DNA from: Candidatus Kaiserbacteria bacterium
GTDB taxonomy: Bacteria > Patescibacteriota > Minisyncoccia > Phycocordibacterales > UBA918
Direction of reading: 5' to 3'
NCBI GenBank assembly: GCA_019634005.1
Contig: JAHQWD010000003.1
Span: forward strand, 176,539-240,538
Length of the DNA: 64,000 bases
This document shows, one piece after another, positions 20,126 to 28,901 of the stretch. Each line of letters starts with the position of its first letter. Position 1 is the first letter of the stretch. The translations under genes and the position numbers were made by a program. Under the pieces are notes generated by a model. It had not been told where the DNA came from, did not search any database, and was given only the letters and a program-made list of their open reading frames with translations.

Positions 20126-20959
20126 ATGTTGATCACAAAACGAGACGGAACAAAAGAACCATTTGATCCAAAGAAGCTGGAACGATCGCTTCGTCGGGCA
20201 GGTGCCACGAAGGCTCAGATTGATCGCGTTACCAAGCAAGTAACGGAACGTATAACAGAAGGAATGACCACGGGTGCTATATATCGACATGCGTTTAAGG
20301 CGCTTCATAAAGAGACAGTACCTCCCGCAGCAAAATATTCTCTTTCTCGTGCTGTTGCAGATCTTGGGCCTACAGGATTCCCGTTTGAAGACTTTCTTGC
20401 ACGAATGTTCCAACGTGAAGGGTACGATACAAAGACACGCATCATTATGAAAGGTAAGTGCGCATCACATGAGATTGATGTCGCAGGATATTCCAAGGAC
20501 AAGAGCTTTATCGCTGAAGCAAAGTTTCATTCCCGCGGAAAGACACGGTCTGATATCCAGACAACATTGTACTCCTATGCACGATACCTGGATCTCAAGG
20601 CGCTTCCTGTGTGCTCAAAGGACACCTGTGGCGTTACAGACCTTATGCTTATTACCAATACTCGTTTTACAAAAGCTGCGGTAGATTATGCGAAGTGTGC
20701 AGGATTGGAACTTTTGAGTTGGCGTTATCCTAAGAAAAATACGCTTCAAGACCGTATTGCACGTGCAGGAGTGTTTCCTATCACCGTACTCTCGACACTG
20801 ACAAGGAAAGAGAAAGCGGTACTTCTTGAACAGGGGGTCGTTATTTGTAGCGATATTATTAAAAAACCGCACATTTTGGACCAGTATGGGCTCGCGCGGG
20901 GGAAACGGGAGGCAGTAATAGCGGAAGCTCGTCAACTTTGCCACGGTATGGAGGGGTGA
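20126..20959 (+). CDS. ATP-cone domain fused to an Mrr-like restriction endonuclease (PD-(D/E)XK) domain
   Basis: An NrdR-like ATP-cone in the N-terminal ~90 aa (ITKRDGTKEPFDPKKLERSLRRAG). This is followed by a core of the form EIDVAGY...IAEAKFH...DLMLITNTRFTKAAVDYAK. Confidence 0.6.
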   Translation: MLITKRDGTKEPFDPKKLERSLRRAGATKAQIDRVTKQVTERITEGMTTGAIYRHAFKALHKETVPPAAKYSLSRAVADLGPTGFPFEDFLARMFQREGYDTKTRIIMKGKCASHEIDVAGYSKDKSFIAEAKFHSRGKTRSDIQTTLYSYARYLDLKALPVCSKDTCGVTDLMLITNTRFTKAAVDYAKCAGLELLSWRYPKKNTLQDRIARAGVFPITVLSTLTRKEKAVLLEQGVVICSDIIKKPHILDQYGLARGKREAVIAEARQLCHGMEG

Positions 20960-20963
20960 TACA

Positions 20964-21485
20964 ATGCCGTTCATTAGAGGTATTGTAATTACTATGGATA
21001 ATACAACAGTAAAACAGGAACAGAACAAGACTATCGTGGCATTTGTCCTCGGTCTTATTATCGGCGGTCTTCTCGTTTGGATCTTCACACCAAGCACTGA
21101 CGTGGAAGTAGTTGAAGAGAAGATGGAAGCAGAAGCCATGGAAGAGCAAACGGAGAGCATGGTCATGGTTGCAGAAGAAGGATCTCTTAGCGTTTCCGAT
21201 CAGGCTGCTGGAGAGATTGTTACATTTACTACAGATGCGTACCCAGCAACTGGTGGCTGGATTGCAGTACGAGAGTACGTTGATAACCTTCCAGGAAATA
21301 TCCTCGGTGTTGCACGATACAACACAGAGCAGGGTCTCTTCCCGACAGAAGTGGAACTTCTCCGTGGTACTGAAGCAGGGAATACTTACCGAATCTCATT
21401 CTTCACTGATAATGGTGACGAAGAGTTTGATACTGGCGTTGATGTAGAGGTGCTTGCGGGAGCAGCAATCTTTATGGCTCAGTAG
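20964..21485 (+). CDS. hypothetical exported protein with an N-terminal signal anchor
   Basis: The probable start is Met 20994 (MDNTTVK). There is one TM helix followed by an acidic linker. Confidence 0.45.
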   Translation: MPFIRGIVITMDNTTVKQEQNKTIVAFVLGLIIGGLLVWIFTPSTDVEVVEEKMEAEAMEEQTESMVMVAEEGSLSVSDQAAGEIVTFTTDAYPATGGWIAVREYVDNLPGNILGVARYNTEQGLFPTEVELLRGTEAGNTYRISFFTDNGDEEFDTGVDVEVLAGAAIFMAQ

Positions 21486-21506
21486 GAGAATATCTTCCTA
21501 TATAAG

Positions 21507-21533
21507 AAAAGCCTCCCAATAGGGAGGTTTTTT
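21507..21533 (+). terminator. intrinsic terminator (aaaagcctccc-aata-gggaggtttttt)
   Basis: A hairpin plus T-run. Confidence 0.65.
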
Positions 21534-21573
21534 AGTGCAGCCATGGCCTCGACAATGCCGAGGCCAGCAAATG

Positions 21574-22053
21574 TTATTGTGTAATTGCCGTCAATTTCTC
21601 GTATGCAGTGCGGTAGAGAGGAGAATCTGTTTTTGCTTGATTAGCAGTCTCGTAACCATACTCCTTCATAATTTCCGCAAGCAACGCCTCGAGTTCCGCT
21701 TTTGTCTTGGCGTTTGCACACCAAAATCTGTGTAGCCTATGTTTTCTTGCACGAATCTTCAGGCCGCAGAGGCGGGCTACCCGAATTCGAAATGTTCTAT
21801 ACCGAGCGTCATAGCGCTCGGGAGAATCAAGAGCTATTTCAGAGATACGTCGTACGTCCTCTTTCAAGAACGTACACAGTTTCCTAAAGCTGTACTCATC
21901 GGTGAGATATACGTGTCGTGGTGACATGTACAGACGGTTATGCAGTCGAAGCGCTTGTTCCCAGTCTCGTGCGCGCGAGATAAAGAAACATTGCTTTAAG
22001 AGCCAACACTTTCGAAGCAGTCGAAGCCTAATACGGCGGTATATCTGAGGCAT
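21574..22053 (-). CDS. hypothetical arginine-rich basic protein
   Basis: 159 aa, convergent with the upstream + gene. No family recognised. It could be the remnant of a mobile-element gene. Confidence 0.35.
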   Translation of the reverse strand: MPQIYRRIRLRLLRKCWLLKQCFFISRARDWEQALRLHNRLYMSPRHVYLTDEYSFRKLCTFLKEDVRRISEIALDSPERYDARYRTFRIRVARLCGLKIRARKHRLHRFWCANAKTKAELEALLAEIMKEYGYETANQAKTDSPLYRTAYEKLTAITQ

Positions 22054-22132
22054 GTAAAACTCCCTTAATTTTTATGTTCAACCCACTTCGAATCTACAAT
22101 ATAATATCTATTTCGTCAATTAAAGAAACCTC

Positions 22133-22939
22133 ATGATACAATGCAGGGTAATGGCACAGTACATAAAGCGATATAATCCAAACAGATCTCCAGACTGGAA
22201 CTACGGTGGTTCTAAGTGGCGACTCTCTCGTTCAAAGATAGATCTTTTCATAGAGTGCCCCCGCTGTTTTTATCTTGATAACAAGCTTGGTACTAAACGA
22301 CCAGGTATGCCATCGTTCAACCTTAATATCGCTGTTGACCTCCTCTTTAAAAATGAGTTTGATCATTTTCGTACAAAAAAAGAGCAACATCCTATCATGA
22401 AGAAGTATGGTATTGATGCGTTGCCATATCAACATAAGGATTTAGATATCTGGCGAGACAACTTTAAGGGTGTCGAACATACCCACAAAGAGACGGGACT
22501 TGTTGTCTCTGGAGCGGTAGATGATGTATGGGAGGATAGTGAGGGGAATCTCATTGTCGTAGATTATAAAGCCACATCCAAAGAAGGGACCATTGAGACA
22601 CTCTCGGATTCCTCGTGGGAAGATCAGTATAAGAGGCAAATGGGTGTGTATCAGTGGCTCTTGGAGCAAAACGGCTTTTCGGTCTCAAAGACTGGTTATT
22701 TTGTATATGCCAATGCATCAAGTGATCGTGAGGCATTTAATGATACTCTAGAGTTTGAGACCACCCTGGTACCATGTGAAGGTACGACCGAATGGGTAGA
22801 CGAAACACTTGTTGCCATCAAAGGGACGCTTGAAAGCGATCAGTTGCCCCCAAGCGGAGCGCATTGCGAGTACTGTCCGTACCGTGAAGCAGCAGGGAAG
22901 AAGTTACAGGCTATTTATAAGAAAAACCATGGGAAATAA
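22133..22939 (+). CDS. PD-(D/E)XK nuclease with a Cas4-like four-cysteine cluster (RecB-family nuclease fold)
   Basis: An N-terminal CPRC and a C-terminal CEYCPY, with a core VVDYKAT...QMGVYQWLL (D-EXK plus QxxxY). Confidence 0.6.
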   Translation: MIQCRVMAQYIKRYNPNRSPDWNYGGSKWRLSRSKIDLFIECPRCFYLDNKLGTKRPGMPSFNLNIAVDLLFKNEFDHFRTKKEQHPIMKKYGIDALPYQHKDLDIWRDNFKGVEHTHKETGLVVSGAVDDVWEDSEGNLIVVDYKATSKEGTIETLSDSSWEDQYKRQMGVYQWLLEQNGFSVSKTGYFVYANASSDREAFNDTLEFETTLVPCEGTTEWVDETLVAIKGTLESDQLPPSGAHCEYCPYREAAGKKLQAIYKKNHGK

Positions 22940-23192
22940 TTTTACAGAAGAAGTGAAAGCGGTTGTACGTACCATTCCAAAGGGTTCTGTTATGACTTAC
23001 GCTGAGGTTGCCACAAAGGTGGGGAGTCCGAAGGCTTACAGAGCTGTTGCAAATATCATGGCGGCAAATTATGACAAAACCGTTCCGTGTCATCGAGTTA
23101 TTCGCACGGATGGAGGGCTTGGAGGGTATAATCGGGGTGGTGTTGAAGCAAAACGTGCACTACTTATCAGAGAAGGAGTATTGATGAAATAA
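22929..23192 (+). CDS. ogt: methylated-DNA--protein-cysteine methyltransferase, active-site/DNA-binding domain
   Basis: Active-site PCHRVI and the motif YAEVATKVGSPKAYRAV. The start is Met 22929, overlapping the nuclease gene by 11 nt. Confidence 0.8.
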   Translation: MGNNFTEEVKAVVRTIPKGSVMTYAEVATKVGSPKAYRAVANIMAANYDKTVPCHRVIRTDGGLGGYNRGGVEAKRALLIREGVLMK

Positions 23193-23194
23193 GT

Positions 23195-23608
23195 ATGGAA
23201 CCATTAACTAGCGGAGATCAATTTGGACGGGAGTACAAGATGGGTGTTGAGAAGATTGAAGCAGAACAGGACAAACTTAAACAACTTCAATTGCGTGCCA
23301 GTGAGATACCGCAGTATATTAAAGAATTAGAGACTCGGATTGCTCAAGACGATCAGCAAGAGCAGGAACTTAAAGAACGTGAGAGTCAGATTCGCAAAGA
23401 GATTGAGGGAATACGAACAGAGCTCTCTCGGCTGGCAAGAGATGAGGAAAAAGCAAAGGCGGAGCTTCGTCAAAAAACATCCGAGAAAAGAAAGGTGGAT
23501 ACCGATCTGCGGGAAAAGGAGAATCTTATTCAACGTATGAATACTGATCTCCGTCAGAGACAACGTCGTCTTGAAGATGCGGCTCGCAAGATGGGTAAAC
23601 GTGCATAA
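23195..23608 (+). CDS. coiled-coil protein of unknown function
   Basis: 137 aa with a heptad-rich E/K/R/Q composition. Confidence 0.4.
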   Translation: MEPLTSGDQFGREYKMGVEKIEAEQDKLKQLQLRASEIPQYIKELETRIAQDDQQEQELKERESQIRKEIEGIRTELSRLARDEEKAKAELRQKTSEKRKVDTDLREKENLIQRMNTDLRQRQRRLEDAARKMGKRA

Positions 23609-23616
23609 GGGTTACT

Positions 23617-24282
23617 ATGGAGGTAGACATTAATCCATCGTGGAAAAAGGAACTCAAAGAGGAGTTTGATAAACCGTATTTCAAAGAGCTTACTGACTTT
23701 GTGCGTGGAGAATATCTATCACAGACAGTGTATCCACGACCGAATAATATATTCAGAGCATTTGCACTCTGTCCATTTGATGAGGTGAAGGTCGTCATTC
23801 TTGGGCAAGACCCATACCACGGGGAAGGACAAGCAAATGGACTTTCGTTTGCCGTGGGGAAGGATGTGCGACTACCTCCTTCTCTACAAAACATCTGTAA
23901 GGAGATAGCGGATGATATTGGTGAAATAATACATACAGACGGAGATCTTTCCCGATGGGCGAAACAGGGAGTGCTCCTCCTGAATGCGACACTCTCTGTG
24001 CGTGCGGGGCAGGCTGGATCACACCAAGGAAAGGGGTGGGAAGATTTTACTGATGCAGTGATCCAGAGACTTTCCGAAAAGCGAGAGGGACTGGTATTTA
24101 TGTTATGGGGGAATTACGCGAAAGCAAAGGGTGCACACATTGACCGAAAGAAGCATCTTGTACTTGAGGCCGCACACCCATCACCATTTTCAGCACATAG
24201 TGGATTTTTTGGGTGTAAGCACTTTAGCAAGGCAAATATGTATTTGGAGGAGCGTGGACAGAAACCTATCGATTGGCTGTGA
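23617..24282 (+). CDS. ung: uracil-DNA glycosylase (family 1)
   Basis: Motifs GQDPYHG and AHPSPFS. Confidence 0.9.
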   Translation: MEVDINPSWKKELKEEFDKPYFKELTDFVRGEYLSQTVYPRPNNIFRAFALCPFDEVKVVILGQDPYHGEGQANGLSFAVGKDVRLPPSLQNICKEIADDIGEIIHTDGDLSRWAKQGVLLLNATLSVRAGQAGSHQGKGWEDFTDAVIQRLSEKREGLVFMLWGNYAKAKGAHIDRKKHLVLEAAHPSPFSAHSGFFGCKHFSKANMYLEERGQKPIDWL

Positions 24283-24298
24283 TACTATGTGATGAAGT

Positions 24299-24877
24299 AT
24301 GTTGTATTCATATCGTATAGAACAAGCAATACGTGCCGCGGCATTACTCCACCGTACACAGGTACGGAAAGGGCCTGTGCCACTTCCATATGTGACACAC
24401 CTCTTTGCAGTCGCGTTTATTCTCTCAGACTACACTGATGATGAGGATGTGATCATTGCAGGACTCCTGCACGACACGCTTGAAGATACCGAGTACAGTG
24501 AAGAAGAGCTCCGTGAAGACTTTGGACGACGGGTCTTTGAGATAGTTCGTGCGGTCTCAGAACAAACCGAAGGAGAAAAGGGTCCGTGGAAAGAGCGTAA
24601 GAAAGCGTATGCAAAACAGCTTACCGAAGCGCCGCAAGAAGCGCTTATGGTCTCTTGTGCAGACAAGATTCACAACATGCGCTCCACCATTGAAGGATAT
24701 TATGGTAATCATGAAGGATTCCTTAGAGAGCTTGCAAAGCCATCTGTTGAGGATCAGGTATGGTTCCATCAGACAGTGAGCAATATTTTGAATCGACGGT
24801 TGAAGAATGATATAGTGCACGAATTCAACCACGTATTTACCGAATATAAGAAATTTGCACTCAATGAAGACCGCTAA
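24299..24877 (+). CDS. HD-domain (p)ppGpp-hydrolase-like protein (RelA/SpoT-type HD, small alarmone hydrolase-like)
   Basis: The signature HLFAVAFIL...AGLLHDTLEDT matches the RelA/SpoT hydrolase. Confidence 0.6.
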   Translation: MLYSYRIEQAIRAAALLHRTQVRKGPVPLPYVTHLFAVAFILSDYTDDEDVIIAGLLHDTLEDTEYSEEELREDFGRRVFEIVRAVSEQTEGEKGPWKERKKAYAKQLTEAPQEALMVSCADKIHNMRSTIEGYYGNHEGFLRELAKPSVEDQVWFHQTVSNILNRRLKNDIVHEFNHVFTEYKKFALNEDR

Positions 24878-26678
24878 GACACTTCTCCAGACACTTAATA
24901 CAGATTTTCGGCGTATGCACACACGCTACGAGAAGCTTTTCTGGCAGTCATACATGGGTGATCACAGTATTGATCCTCAGTTTGAGAAAGCGCAGATTGC
25001 TCGAGAGAAGTTTCGCACTGATACAAAGCGTGCACATGCTGTACAAGAGGCATTAAAGACAGCAAACGGCACGGAGAAAAAGAAACTGATGCAATGGGCA
25101 CATTTCTTTGAAACATTTCAAACACCAGAACATCTCAAGCCACTTTTTGCAGAGATTACAGAGCTTGAGACAAAAATACTTAAGAAACAGACAAGCAGGA
25201 AAGAAGGATACATTCATCCAAAGACAAAGAAGTTTGTTCGTGCGTCTCGTGCACAGATGCAGGACATCATGACCACACATGATGATGAGCGGATTCGTAA
25301 AGCATGTTTCGTTGCACTTGAAGGACTCGCACAGGTGTGTGTTGAAGAGTTCATAGAACTCGTTGGACTACGGAATAAGTATGCACAAGAGCTTGGATAC
25401 GAAGATTTCTATGCATACAAGGCATATGTCGAGGAGCGAATGAGCAAGGCGGAGATTTTCAAGATATTTGACACCATCTATGAGAAGACAAAGTATGCTT
25501 TCAAGGATCTTCGGAAAATGGAGAAAAAAATGCCAGGACTCCGAAAGCCATGGAATAGGGGGTACCTTCTCGCAGGAGACTTCACGAAAGAGTCTGATCA
25601 GTACTTTCCATTTGAGGAGGCACTCACGCGCTGGGGGACATCGTTTGCTCGATTGGGCATCTCATATCAAGGTGGCACACTGCAACTAGATCTTCTCGAT
25701 CGAAAAGGGAAGTACGAGAATGGATTCTGTCACTGGCCAGATGTTGTGTACTTTGAAAAAAATAAGCGTATTCCTGGATCAGCGAACTTTACGTGTAACG
25801 TAACCTACGGACAGGTTGGTTCTGCTGAGGATGGATACAACACACTCTTTCATGAAGGAGGACATGCGGCGCACCTTCTTAATACCGAAGAGACGGAAGC
25901 CTGTGTCAACAATGAGTACCCACCAGCATCTACTGCATGGGCAGAGACACAGTCTATGTTCCTTGACTCTATGCTGAGTAGCGTCGAGTGGGCTTCTCGG
26001 TATGCAAAGAATGCTGAGAGAGAAACATATCCATTCTCTCTCTATGAACGAGAGGTGCGTAAACTCCATGCACTGAATCCACTTTCAATGAATGGCATAT
26101 CATCTGTTATGGAGTTTGAACGACGCATCTATGAGGAGAAAAAACTCTCAAAGACAAAAGTTTTGAAGATCGCAAAGGAAGTATTTACAAAGTATACCGA
26201 TACTGCGGTACCAAGCCTTCGACTCCTCAGTATCCCGCATATTTATTCTTGGGAAAGTTCCTGTTCGTATCACGGGTACGGACTTGCACTACTTTCTGTC
26301 GCACAGTGGAGAGAGTATTTTTATAAAAAGTATGGGTACATTGTCGACAACCCACGTGTTGGAAAAGAAATGAAAGCTATGTGGAAGTACGGGTCTGCAC
26401 TACCACTTCAGGAGTGTGTGCGGCGTGCAACAGGGAAAAAGCTAACACCTGCGGCGTATATCAAGAACATTACGCTCCCGCTTGAGAAAATTCTTAACCG
26501 AGCAAAGAAGCGTATCAAAACACTTGAAACTGTCCCTGACAGAAAGAAGGTGGTAAAGCTCAATGCCACCATCAAAATGGTTCATGGAAAGAAGGTGGTT
26601 GCGACTAATAAGAAGAGTTTTGAGGATATGGCAGAGACCTATGCACAATGGCTTGAAACACAGCGGGTGAAAAGTTAG
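24864..26678 (+). CDS. pepF: oligoendopeptidase F (M3 family)
   Basis: FHEGGHAAH zinc motif. 600+ aa. Confidence 0.85.
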   Translation: MKTAKTLLQTLNTDFRRMHTRYEKLFWQSYMGDHSIDPQFEKAQIAREKFRTDTKRAHAVQEALKTANGTEKKKLMQWAHFFETFQTPEHLKPLFAEITELETKILKKQTSRKEGYIHPKTKKFVRASRAQMQDIMTTHDDERIRKACFVALEGLAQVCVEEFIELVGLRNKYAQELGYEDFYAYKAYVEERMSKAEIFKIFDTIYEKTKYAFKDLRKMEKKMPGLRKPWNRGYLLAGDFTKESDQYFPFEEALTRWGTSFARLGISYQGGTLQLDLLDRKGKYENGFCHWPDVVYFEKNKRIPGSANFTCNVTYGQVGSAEDGYNTLFHEGGHAAHLLNTEETEACVNNEYPPASTAWAETQSMFLDSMLSSVEWASRYAKNAERETYPFSLYEREVRKLHALNPLSMNGISSVMEFERRIYEEKKLSKTKVLKIAKEVFTKYTDTAVPSLRLLSIPHIYSWESSCSYHGYGLALLSVAQWREYFYKKYGYIVDNPRVGKEMKAMWKYGSALPLQECVRRATGKKLTPAAYIKNITLPLEKILNRAKKRIKTLETVPDRKKVVKLNATIKMVHGKKVVATNKKSFEDMAETYAQWLETQRVKS

Positions 26679-26690
26679 TAAAATGACCGT

Positions 26691-26966
26691 ATGAATTTGT
26701 TACTCATTGGACTTACAATCGGTGTTCTTGGAAAGATCATGCTCGGTATTGCGGTACTCCGTGTACATCTCGGTATTCTTCATGAGCATCATATTGATAA
26801 CGTGGTACTTCGCTCCATCAAGAGAGAACAGACTGTTACGCTTATCGGACTCCTCCTCATTGTTGTTGGCTATCTCTTTGAAATGTTCTTCTATACAGGA
26901 ACACTTTCATTCCTCTGTGAGATTGCTGAGTGCTTTATTGAAATAGCCGCCCCCGCTGTGCAATAA
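26691..26966 (+). CDS. hypothetical small membrane protein
   Basis: Two hydrophobic helices and no clear SD. An overlapping ORF (26707-26946) in another frame is equally weak. Confidence 0.25.
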   Translation: MNLLLIGLTIGVLGKIMLGIAVLRVHLGILHEHHIDNVVLRSIKREQTVTLIGLLLIVVGYLFEMFFYTGTLSFLCEIAECFIEIAAPAVQ

Positions 26967-26974
26967 GCATATCT

Positions 26975-28861
26975 TTGTTATACTCTGAATCTATGTCTGG
27001 GAATGAAATACGAGAACGGTTTTTAAAGTATATGGAGGAGCGGAATCATGCGGTTATTCCGTCTGCTGCCCTTGTTCCAGAGAATGACCCCACCACACTC
27101 TTTACAGGAAGTGGTATGCAGCCACTCGTTCCATATTTAATGGGAGAATCTCACCCAAAGGGAACACGACTCGCAGATTCTCAGAAATGTTTCCGTGCTG
27201 AGGATATAGAAGAGGTGGGAGATAATAGACACACTACCTTCTTTGAGATGCTCGGAAACTGGTCTCTCGGAGACTACTTTAAAGAAGAGCAGATATCATG
27301 GTTTTATAGTTTTCTTGTAGATGAGATCGGTCTGAATCCAGAGAATCTCTACGTAACCGTCTTTGCAGGAGATGAAGAGAACAATGTGCCCCAAGATGAT
27401 GAAGCTGTTGCTATCTGGCAGAAACTCTTTCAAGAGAAAGGGGTTAGTGACGGCGTTGCACGTATGGGATCTGAAGAAGATGGAGCGAAGCGTGGTATGC
27501 GGGAAGGAGAACGTATCTTCTATTACGACGCATCAAAGAACTGGTGGAGTAGGGCAGGAAAGCCAGAGAATATGCCTGCTGGAGAGCCAGGAGGACCAGA
27601 CTCTGAAGTCTTTTATGATTTCGGTACAGAACATGATCCTGCATTTGGAGAACACTGTCATCCAAACTGTGATTGCGGACGCTTCCTTGAGATTGGAAAC
27701 AACGTCTTCATGGAATACGTGAAGCAAGAAGACGGAACATTCGGAAAGCTTCCTGCGCAGAACGTGGACTTTGGTGGTGGCTTAGAACGTATTACCGCAG
27801 CAGCACTCGGGGAGTCTGATGTCTTTAAGGTGGATCTTCTTTCAAATGTTATTGAACAGATCGCAACACTCTCTGGGAAATCTTATGAAGATAATCTTGT
27901 TCCATTCCGTGTCATCTGTGATCATATACGTGGTGCTGTCTTCATGATTGGGGATGGTGTCATGCCATCAAATACAGAGCAGGGGTACTTTGTGCGACGT
28001 CTCCTTCGTCGAAGTGTGCGGTATGCGGATACACTTGGTATTGGAGAAGGAAAGCTCGCAGATCTTGCAGAAAGCGTTGTCGAGACATATCAGGGTCACT
28101 ATACAAATCTTGGAGAGCAGAAAGACCAGATTATTGAAACTATCCGCACTGAGGAAGCGCAATTCCGAAAGACTCTAGAGAAAGGTCTCAAACACTTTGA
28201 GAAATTAGCTCACGGAGATATTACGGGATACGAAGCATACATTCTCTTCACTACCTATGGATTCCCTGTGGAGCTTACCGAAGAGCTTGCGGTACAGCGA
28301 GGTCACGTGGTGGATATGGAAGGGTTTAAGGAGGAAATGAAGAAGCATCAGGAGGCATCGCGCGCAGGTGCTGCGGAAAAGTTTGCGGGTGGACTTGCGG
28401 ATCATTCAGAAAAGGTGGTGCAATATCATACCGCAACCCACCTTTTGCTCGCAGGACTTCGTAAAGAGCTAGGGGATGATGTGCACCAGGCGGGATCTAA
28501 TATTACTGGGGAACGACTCCGATTTGACTTCACCCACCCAGAAAAAGTGTCTGCAGAGGTGTTAGAAAAAGTAGAGGAGTACGTAAATACTGCTATTAAA
28601 GCAGGGGCTAGTGTCTCAACCCAGACCATGACAAAGACTGATGCAGAGAGTGATCCAACAGTGGAAGGAAGTTTCTGGGATAAGTATCCAGACGAGGTGA
28701 AAGTGTATACCGTAAAAGATGAAGCGGGGAATGTATACTCCCGAGAACTGTGCGGTGGGCCACATGTAGAAAACACGGGAATCATTGATGGAACATTTAA
28801 GATTGTAAAAGAATCTTCTTCATCTGCGGGAGTACGACGTATTAAAGCGATACTTGAATAA
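26975..28861 (+). CDS. alaS: alanine--tRNA ligase, short form lacking the C-terminal C-Ala domain
   Basis: The N-terminal catalytic core (LVPENDPTTLFTGSGMQ) and the editing-domain motif HTATHLL...are both present. The length is 628 aa, against about 870 typical. Confidence 0.9.
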   Translation: MLYSESMSGNEIRERFLKYMEERNHAVIPSAALVPENDPTTLFTGSGMQPLVPYLMGESHPKGTRLADSQKCFRAEDIEEVGDNRHTTFFEMLGNWSLGDYFKEEQISWFYSFLVDEIGLNPENLYVTVFAGDEENNVPQDDEAVAIWQKLFQEKGVSDGVARMGSEEDGAKRGMREGERIFYYDASKNWWSRAGKPENMPAGEPGGPDSEVFYDFGTEHDPAFGEHCHPNCDCGRFLEIGNNVFMEYVKQEDGTFGKLPAQNVDFGGGLERITAAALGESDVFKVDLLSNVIEQIATLSGKSYEDNLVPFRVICDHIRGAVFMIGDGVMPSNTEQGYFVRRLLRRSVRYADTLGIGEGKLADLAESVVETYQGHYTNLGEQKDQIIETIRTEEAQFRKTLEKGLKHFEKLAHGDITGYEAYILFTTYGFPVELTEELAVQRGHVVDMEGFKEEMKKHQEASRAGAAEKFAGGLADHSEKVVQYHTATHLLLAGLRKELGDDVHQAGSNITGERLRFDFTHPEKVSAEVLEKVEEYVNTAIKAGASVSTQTMTKTDAESDPTVEGSFWDKYPDEVKVYTVKDEAGNVYSRELCGGPHVENTGIIDGTFKIVKESSSSAGVRRIKAILE

Positions 28862-28901
28862 GTAATCTCTCAAGAGAAAATCTAGGTGTATAATCTAATA
28901 C

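Noticed and set aside
21112-21447. 111-aa ORF overlapping the exported-protein gene in another frame
   Set aside because: It lies entirely inside the better-supported gene at 20964-21485 and shows no coding signal of its own.
26707-26946. 79-aa ORF in the pepF-alaS spacer, the alternative frame to 26691-26966
   Set aside because: The two overlap each other. Neither has an SD. The other frame is kept only as a low-confidence membrane peptide.
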